Origin: Candidatus Poribacteria bacterium
GTDB lineage: Bacteria; Poribacteria; WGA-4E; JAJDTR01
DNA length: 64,000 nucleotides
NCBI GenBank assembly: GCA_965222225.1
Contig: CBDCTK010000002.1
Coordinates: 1,152,001 to 1,216,000, forward strand
Direction: 5' to 3'
How positions within the stretch are numbered: the stretch's first letter is position 1; each line of letters opens with the position of its first letter. This document shows, one piece after another, positions 57,211-64,000 of this stretch. The notes below the pieces were generated by a model, which saw only the letters and a program-made list of their open reading frames with translations, was not told where the DNA came from and did no database searches. A program made the translations under genes and the position numbers.

Positions 57211-58664
57211 ATGGAGCAACTCGGCTATATCGCCCTCGGCTGTGTTCTGGTATTAGTCGTGCTGGGACTGCGGCGCGTGGACTGGTCGAATATCAGGTTG
57301 CCGACATTTGGGTGGGGTAAGTTGGCACCCAGAACGAAGAACTCACTGCTATTGAGTGTCGCGTTTCGCGCTGTGCTGGCGTTGATTGGTGCGTTATTCA
57401 TTGTTACGAAGGACATCGAACACGACGCTATCAACGTGGAATGGGTGAAGATACCGCGGACACCGCGGCGCCTAAAGACACCTGAAGTCAAACCTGTCCA
57501 ACCTCGAATTATACCGCCTCGTGATTTGGCGACGCATCGAGTAACGCCGACGGCAAAACCGGTCGATGCCAGTGGTCGAAAAGAGTATTGATTTATCGAT
57601 AGACGCTTCGGAGGCGAAGGTGGGTGATGTAAAGACTGAGACGAGACAAGCGACTAATCCGCGTGAGGTTACGCTTGCTCGGAGTGCCGGTGATACGGGT
57701 ACAGGGAGGAAGGGGACGATTACAGGGCGAGTCAATGCGCCGGCGGGGACGGGCTAGGGTGAGGGAAAAGGGCGATTGGGAAAAACAATGGTTGAATCAA
57801 CCGGGACGGCGGACTCGACGAGTTTGGAGGGAGGGGACTTTTCACATCTTGAATCAGTTCCTGATGACGAGCTCGGCACAATTCTCACGGGCGAAGGCAA
57901 GGACATCTCCGGCCATATTCGCATGATTCGTCTGAAACACTCGCTTTCGGACTGGTGGCAAGACCCGACGGCTCTTCCTAGCTTTATGAAGTGGCTTTCC
58001 GAGAACACCCGGGTTCGGGCGGATATGAAGTATAAGGGCGGGTCGCTTCGATTAACCGAGCCGGAGATTCAAGACGCTCCGTTGGTTTTCATGACCGGAC
58101 ACGACAAGGATATAACCGTCGGTCGCGGTCTGGCTAAAGACGGCCCCCCTATCGGACGGGTTTACCGCCGAGGAACGCGCAGCCCTGCGGAAGTATATCA
58201 TCGACCGCGACGGGCTGCTTTTCTTCGATGATTGCGGGTTCAACGGACTCTTTGCTCAACAAGTCGCCGTCGAGCTAGGCAAAGTCTTTCCGGAGTATCC
58301 GCTCAAGGATATTCCACATAACCATGAAATCTACAAATGTTACTACACTTTGCCGCGACCACCTCGAGGCGGCGACGTGTTTTGGAGTGCTCCGGGCGCA
58401 GCCCAAGGCACGGGAGGCGTCTATCGACCAATCTCGTCTAAGTTCGCGTACCAGAAAGGAATCTCGATTGGCAGCAGATTAGCCGTCGTCTATAACCGCA
58501 AAGATTACATGTGCTCGATGGAGACCGCGGAAGTCGATAGTCGTGCGAGACTTCGAGACAGGCGATCGCCCGACGTTCACCGATTCATGACCAACCTGTT
58601 GGTCTACGCCATGAAATACGGCGGCAACACCAACCGAACCAACTACCAATCACTTAGTCAATAA
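57211..58664 (+). pseudogene. Membrane-anchored DUF4159-domain protein, disrupted
   Basis: AAGGAG RBS. Fragments join across a frameshift near 57560, an in-frame TAG at 57755-57 and an extra C in the C-run at 58144-49. DUF4159-like motifs DWWQDPTAL, PLVFMTGH, FTAEERAALRKYI, LFFDDCG, HEIYKCYY, NLLVYA. Confidence 0.75.
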
Positions 58665-58674
58665 GGAGATACAA

Positions 58675-59142
58675 GTGAACTTCAAACAAAAGATCTGCTA
58701 CACCACCCTCGGCGCTGGCATCATGCTCATGGGCATGCTCGCGTCTCATCTTATCGCACCCCTCACCGCCCAAAACGACACGTTCGACGAAATTATTTGT
58801 CGTTCGTTAAAGGTTGTAGATACTGACGGTAGAATGACAGCACATCTAAAAACCGGTGCTGATGACGACGGATCTCATGGAGTGTTAAAATTGATGGGAA
58901 ACAAAGAGGCAAACGGTATACTTTTAGAGCCTCGTATCTTTGCTTTCGTACACAATAATAAGCTGGCTGTTACGCTATCGATAGATTCCTCAGATTTTAT
59001 AACTAACGCCCGCGAATTAAAGTTTTATAAACCTGATGGTAGGAACACCTGTTTTTACATCGTTGGTAGTCCGACTGGTGGGCAGATAGGAATCACAGAA
59101 GCAGACGGTAAAAGGCACATATTTCCGAGTTGGAAAGACTAA
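58675..59142 (+). CDS. Small secreted protein with conserved N-terminus and variable beta-rich C-terminus
   Basis: GTG start after AAGGAG. Signal peptide MNFKQKICYTTLGAGIMLMGMLASHLIAPLTAQ, then FDEIICRSL. Confidence 0.75.
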   Translation: MNFKQKICYTTLGAGIMLMGMLASHLIAPLTAQNDTFDEIICRSLKVVDTDGRMTAHLKTGADDDGSHGVLKLMGNKEANGILLEPRIFAFVHNNKLAVTLSIDSSDFITNARELKFYKPDGRNTCFYIVGSPTGGQIGITEADGKRHIFPSWKD

Positions 59143-59266
59143 GAAGAATAAGCTATGGCGATCCAACGGTGGAAATACGGACAGGACAAACTATCAATGC
59201 TAAGCTAGTGAATAGGCACTTAGCCAATCCTATCAAACCAAAATTCGGGGAGGAAAAAAACGGATT

Positions 59267-59721
59267 ATGGAAACCTACTGCATGAACACTAACTTGAAGT
59301 ACACCGAGGACGATCAGCATCAGGTCTGGATCGACAACAATCTTGCCTTTATACACGCGGCTGAACCTGAACCGCCGGGCTTGCTTGACCCCAAGCCCGG
59401 CGACCAGATGCTCATGTGGATTAACTCTCGAGGAGTTGGTGCTATAGGCTGTGTCCAAGACACTTGGGACAGTGTCCCTTAACTGATTGCATGATCCGAA
59501 TTAAGCCGTCCGCACGAGACGATAATAGGTTCGAACATCGGCTCGCTGTCAATTGGTATTTACTACTTGCACAACCTATCACCTACAACGAAACCAGAAG
59601 CCAATATCAGATTCCACTGGTAACTGCCCCAACGATTCAACGCATCGATAAACATAGGGCAAAAGCCCTTGAGCTTATTGTCCGGCAATTCACCGAACGA
59701 AATTGGTACAGGTGTGCTTAA
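59267..59721 (+). pseudogene. Frameshifted EVE/PUA-like domain protein
   Basis: GGGAGG RBS. KPGDQMLMW...GVGAIGCV pattern. One base missing in the GTCCCTTA stretch (about 59476) joins it to ...HRLAVNWY. Confidence 0.5.
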
Positions 59722-59950
59722 TTCACGACCTTCTTGATGAAAGAAATCGGTCGATTCATCCTCATTTTTATACCGTCATTCTGCGTCGGCTAATTGTTGC
59801 CCGACGAATGGATGACGGTTTCACTTTGGAAATAGGGAATCAACCGAGCGGATAGCGAGGGCGATAGTCATCCTTGAGCTGGTGACACAACGTGCGGCGG
59901 GAATACTGACAGGTCAAACTGCCAATCGCTTAGCCAATAAGGAGATACAA

Positions 59951-60585
59951 GTGAACTTCAAACAAAACTCGGCTACACCGCTTTCGGCGCTGCCATAATG
60001 CTCATCGGCGTGCTTGCCGCAAACAATCTAACCCCCATTGCCGCCCAAAATAATGGTGTCTTTGATGAAATCACCTGCAAGAGGTTGGTTGTGTCTAATA
60101 ACTGGAAAATGAATGTGGTTTTAGCTGGCACTGAAAATGGCGGATACATAAGCGTACTCGATAAAGATGAAAATGACAGAATACAATTATCAATACAACA
60201 GAGGGAGACCGATTCATCTATTCTCCAACCTTCGTTGGTATTTACTGGCGGTAACGGAGAGATAAGAATGAACAATAGCAGCAACGACAAGGTTGCAATT
60301 AGATTGGCGACCAGTGAAAACCCTTCGACGTCAAACCTACTATTACGTGATAACACGGGAAAGAACACTGCTGCTTTGTGGAGTATTTCACAAGGTCCAC
60401 AACTCGCGCTCTACGGCCCACAGCAATCTTTCACAGAAGATATACAGAATCCTTTTGTTAGACTTCGAGCAACCAAGAGTGGCGGTCTACTAACTCTTTC
60501 ACATGGCACGGATACGCCTCCTGGTGCTTTTCTAATTGATGAGTCGGATAAAAGCATCTTAATCTGTGACAAAGTACTTGACTAA
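59951..60585 (+). pseudogene. Second member of the secreted family, with a 1-nt deletion in the A-run at codon 6 (intact from Met 59998)
   Basis: Adding one A gives MNFKQKLGYTAFGAAIMLIGVLAANNLTPIAAQNNGVFDEITCKRL, paralogous to 58675. Confidence 0.7.
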
Positions 60586-61079
60586 ACCCATGATCCCACT
60601 AACCACTAGTCCTATAAGGGGGCCATCCCAATGGAAGTTAAAGGCGCACGTGCAAAAATCAACACTTGGCCCTACAGAAACCCCTATGGCTGGTAGAACA
60701 AAGCCGTCCAGAAAATCGCCGACCTTACCTTGAAAGGGAGAACCAACGATTGATGAGAGAACTGATAAGTGTTTAGTGGCTAGTAGTTAGTGATTAATAA
60801 AACGCCTGCAGCCTAAAATGCGCAATGAATTGCACTACTACGAATCTGAAACCAGTGACTAATTCCACTAGGGGTGCTTCTACAATAACAAAATATGGCA
60901 AGCGCTGGTCGATCCTTATACCCTTAAAATTATGAGCGGTTGCCCTGCATTCGACCTAGAAATCAATAGACTAAACAATTACCAAAAAAGAATAACAGGC
61001 AGGGGCCGCATCAACACTGTTCAATTTTACGCGCTGGCGGAAGAACAACAGTAATTCTGATCGGATTTTCTGTGCAGCG

Positions 61080-62369
61080 TTACTTTGGTATCTCTGCGGT
61101 GATTACGCGCGGTCCGCTCGCAGTAATCAGCACATTATCCTCTATTCGAATACCCGCGACAGATCTCCAGGCGTCGAGCGATTCCCAAGCTACGCTGTTG
61201 CGGAAACGCTCACGCTTCGCCGGATCATCAAGGATTGCGGGCACAAAGTAGATTCCGGGCTCCAGCGTCATCAGGAAGTTTTCTTCCAGTGGAAAATTTA
61301 TTCTCACGCGCACACCGCAGCACGGCTGAATTTCGTCGCGTCCCGGGGAATGTCCGCCAACATCGCGCACCCCGAGTCCCGTCATGTGACCGATGCCGTG
61401 CGGAAAGAATAGGGCAATCGCTCCCGAATCGAGAAGACCTTCTACATCGCCTTTGAGGATTCCTATATCTCGCAATCCATGTGCAAGGACGCTCGCCGCT
61501 GCACGGTGTACATCGTGCCACTCCGTGCCAACGCAGCATTTTGAAATCCCCTCAGACTCTGCGGCAAGTACTAGGTCGTAGATGGCTTGCTGTCTCGGCG
61601 TAAACCTATCCCTCGCTGGATAAGTGCGTGTCACATCTGCCGTGTAGCCGGATATCGCCCCCCCAGCATCTATAAGCACCAGATCGTCGGGCTTCACAAT
61701 CCGTTCGCCAGGTTCGAAGTGGAGCACTGCCGCATGAGAACCGACTCCCACAATTGTGCCGTACCCCACGGCATCTGCCCCTTGGCGAAACATTTCCGCT
61801 TCCAGCTCAATTTGGATATGACGCTCACTTATTCCTGGCTGAATCACCTCGCGTGCTTTCGCATGTCCCGCCGCCGTGGCTTTGACTGCACGTCCAAGAA
61901 GCTCTATTTCGGCAGAATCTTTTCGCCTTCGTACCGCGTCAAGACGTACTCGCATATCCCGGTTGAGTTCTTTGTCACTTCCGATGTCGCTTGCGACGCA
62001 ATGAACCGGTGAACCAAGCATTGCTATCTCCGAATCGCTATATCGCTTTAACCTGTCGGAGAGCCCAGCAACATCTTCTCCTTCAGGGGCGTCGGCGTTT
62101 CCTTCCCATAACCGCTCTGATGGCGTGACTGGACGTACGAAGTGGGTCCAGCCCTCCTGCTGATTGAACGCAAGAACCCCGCCAGATCGTTGTGAGCCAG
62201 TCAGCCAGTAATATTCCGGATGCGCCGTAAACGGATAGGTTTGGTCAAGCCCGCCAGGTTTGGGAATTGGTTCTCCCGCACCAATTAGAACAGTCGGCAC
62301 CCGGCTTCCGAACGCTTCCGCAGCGCGACGCCTTCTTCCTTCCAGAATGTCCCTTTCAAATATCGCCAT
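61080..62369 (-). CDS. Xaa-Pro aminopeptidase (M24B)
   Basis: VLHF, LIDAG, YTADVTRTYP, PHGIGH..GL.V.D, TLEPGIYF, GIRIEDNV. Confidence 0.9.
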   Translation of the reverse strand: MAIFERDILEGRRRRAAEAFGSRVPTVLIGAGEPIPKPGGLDQTYPFTAHPEYYWLTGSQRSGGVLAFNQQEGWTHFVRPVTPSERLWEGNADAPEGEDVAGLSDRLKRYSDSEIAMLGSPVHCVASDIGSDKELNRDMRVRLDAVRRRKDSAEIELLGRAVKATAAGHAKAREVIQPGISERHIQIELEAEMFRQGADAVGYGTIVGVGSHAAVLHFEPGERIVKPDDLVLIDAGGAISGYTADVTRTYPARDRFTPRQQAIYDLVLAAESEGISKCCVGTEWHDVHRAAASVLAHGLRDIGILKGDVEGLLDSGAIALFFPHGIGHMTGLGVRDVGGHSPGRDEIQPCCGVRVRINFPLEENFLMTLEPGIYFVPAILDDPAKRERFRNSVAWESLDAWRSVAGIRIEDNVLITASGPRVITAEIPK

Positions 62370-62434
62370 TTTCTACCTCTCGACTCCGTGCGTTTTGACT
62401 CGTTTACACATCGAAAAATGTTGGCTCTTACCGT

Positions 62435-64000
62435 CTATCCACCTAATAAACCGTTAAACAGCAACTTGAACGTTCCGTGGGTTGTAGCGCGGAACTGAAC
62501 ACGGAACCCATACAAAATAACCCTTCCCTTGCCATATGTGACTGATACTACAGCCGCGCGACTAGAAAGATGCTCCTCGCCAACAAGCCAGCCGCTTTGC
62601 AAGATGTCGCGCTCCGGATAGGACACCGCCACATGATACCGGTCGTTGAAATAAGAACTGTCGATCGAAAATACGGGGCTGTCCCAAAATAGAGCCAACG
62701 CGCCGGATGGCATACCGTAACCGAGTGGATGGGACGAGTCGACCTCAACGCGCAATGTGGAGCCCGGGCAGAAGAACTCTTTGCTCGGTTTGTTCTTCAC
62801 GACGTTTTTTATTTGCAGCCCCAGTTTTTCTATAGCGAATCCACATGCGCGGTTTATCGTTATCAGCGTGCCGCCGTTCTCAACAAAAGCCTTGATATTC
62901 TCTACCCCAATGTCACCGATTCCACTCCGGTACTTCTCAGGCACGGGCGTGTTTCGGAGCCGCTTCTCAATCTCTTCGTCTCCACCCACAATCATTTCCG
63001 TCGAATCATCAGGAAAGATAATGACTTCGTACCCCTCGTTAAGATTCCCCGCCACAATTCCCTCATCCCGCAAAGTTTCATACGAGAAACCGAATTGCTC
63101 TAGAGTCAGGCGCGTCCACCCCTCGTCAATGTTGCCTCCCCAATAGCGATTGTAAATACCGATGCGCCGGGCTTTGATTAAGCCCATTTCGCTGTTTAGG
63201 GAGCGATTCAGACCGGAGAACGACACTCCTGACGTGCTTGCCAATGTGTTCAAATCTTGCACCCCTATATCCTTAATCAGGAAACTGCCGACAGGTAAAA
63301 GTTCACTGCCCACCTCGATCTCCGTTGTCACCCGATAAATCTCCGAACCATTAGCAAGAAGTTGATTCACAACACGATACGCTTCGTTGAGACGCGAATC
63401 GATTACATAACCGTGTTTGCCAGTACCAATGACTTTGCCGTCAGGTGCTATCGGCTCGGTTACCCCGGTAAACGCGCGCCTCCTTGACGCAAGCACAGTG
63501 CAATCCGCCGGGACCGGTTCGGCGGTTACTCCCATCATTTCTGCCATCGTGTCTGTTACGGTATCGTATGGCCGATTCGGTGTGCCATCCTGAAAGCGCG
63601 TCCAGGCGTCGTCCGGGAAAAAAGTACGCTCTAGCAACGACTTGATTACGCCGCGTTTCGGTTGGTTGATTGGGAGAAAGAATGTACCTGCCGGATAAGT
63701 TATATTGCCCAGCCTCACTTGATGGCGCATTTTCTGAATTTCAATGCCTTGGAGCAGCAGCTTGTTGATTAGTGTATTGACCGTCAACGGGTCATGCTGG
63801 TCTTTCCTAATTAGGAATCCGGCGGAAGGCTCTTTTTCGCCCCGCTCAGTTTGTCGTAGTGCTTTCTGCACCGCGTTATTCAATACGGTTTCTCGATACT
63901 GCGCAGCGAGATGTAAAACTGCCTTTGATGCGATAAGTTGCTGCTCAATCATATCGCGAAGACTCCACCAACCTCCACGCCACGGGTTAGGAAAGTTGGT
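62435..64000 (-). CDS. M14-type zinc carboxypeptidase-like protein with C-terminal glutamine amidotransferase-like domain (5'-truncated)
   Basis: Frame open to the window end (NFPNPWRGGWWSLRDMIEQ). PYDTVT, DEGWTRLTLEQFGF, FVENGGTLI, QFRATTHGTFKLLFN. Confidence 0.75.
   Translation of the reverse strand, partial: TNFPNPWRGGWWSLRDMIEQQLIASKAVLHLAAQYRETVLNNAVQKALRQTERGEKEPSAGFLIRKDQHDPLTVNTLINKLLLQGIEIQKMRHQVRLGNITYPAGTFFLPINQPKRGVIKSLLERTFFPDDAWTRFQDGTPNRPYDTVTDTMAEMMGVTAEPVPADCTVLASRRRAFTGVTEPIAPDGKVIGTGKHGYVIDSRLNEAYRVVNQLLANGSEIYRVTTEIEVGSELLPVGSFLIKDIGVQDLNTLASTSGVSFSGLNRSLNSEMGLIKARRIGIYNRYWGGNIDEGWTRLTLEQFGFSYETLRDEGIVAGNLNEGYEVIIFPDDSTEMIVGGDEEIEKRLRNTPVPEKYRSGIGDIGVENIKAFVENGGTLITINRACGFAIEKLGLQIKNVVKNKPSKEFFCPGSTLRVEVDSSHPLGYGMPSGALALFWDSPVFSIDSSYFNDRYHVAVSYPERDILQSGWLVGEEHLSSRAAVVSVTYGKGRVILYGFRVQFRATTHGTFKLLFNGLLGG

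Larger units (their letters stand above)
58620..59967 (+). repeat. Three diverged copies of the DUF4159 3' tail (GGNT[N/D]R[T/S]N[Y/C]QSLSQ) at 58620-58664, 59168-59228 and 59896-59940
   Basis: Direct codon alignment. Copies A and C continue with the identical GGAGATACAAGTGAACTTCAAACAAAA. Confidence 0.85.

Noticed and set aside
20438-57757. Amber recoding suggested by in-frame TAGs at 20438 and 57755
   Set aside because: TAG ends intact genes here (secA, the UGSC gene, the DUF262 gene), and the DUF4159 gene also has frameshifts. Nonsense mutation is simpler.
55884-61000. Classical integron cassette array
   Set aside because: Genes are co-oriented, but I found no intI and no RYYYAAC...GTTRRRY attC sites. 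The recurring element is a coding-tail remnant.

Overview
Bacterial chromosomal window of moderate GC. The DUF4159 gene, the many TPR proteins and a small secreted-protein family suggest Candidatus Poribacteria or a relative (inference only). Positions 1-51.6 kb and 61-64 kb are mostly housekeeping: a DUF2851 gene, a non-primary sigma70 factor with a near-perfect 252-bp internal duplication, an envelope cluster (MsbA-like exporter, SppA, sugar transferase, CapD/PglF-like, GT4, Trm112), secA, a stand-alone rpoB-rpoC operon with a consensus promoter, fumC, a mycobacterial Sdh1-type succinate dehydrogenase and peptidases. Features the ORF track misses: (i) a UGSC selenoprotein with an in-frame UGA and SECIS-like hairpin (43799-44326); (ii) a 1054-codon fusion of a catalytically degenerate RNase HI to a helicase-IV/UvrD-like helicase, interrupted by one TGG-to-TAG change. 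Positions 51.7-61 kb form an accessory island. It holds a complete IS1595 (TIRs, 8-bp TSD) inserted in a putative PD-(D/E)XK nuclease gene, a GmrSD-like DUF262-DUF1524 gene and a decayed DUF4159 gene. Behind the DUF4159 gene is a cassette-like array in which three diverged copies of its 3' end each precede a different cargo gene; this is the most novel-looking structure. No tRNA, rRNA or CRISPR array was recognised.
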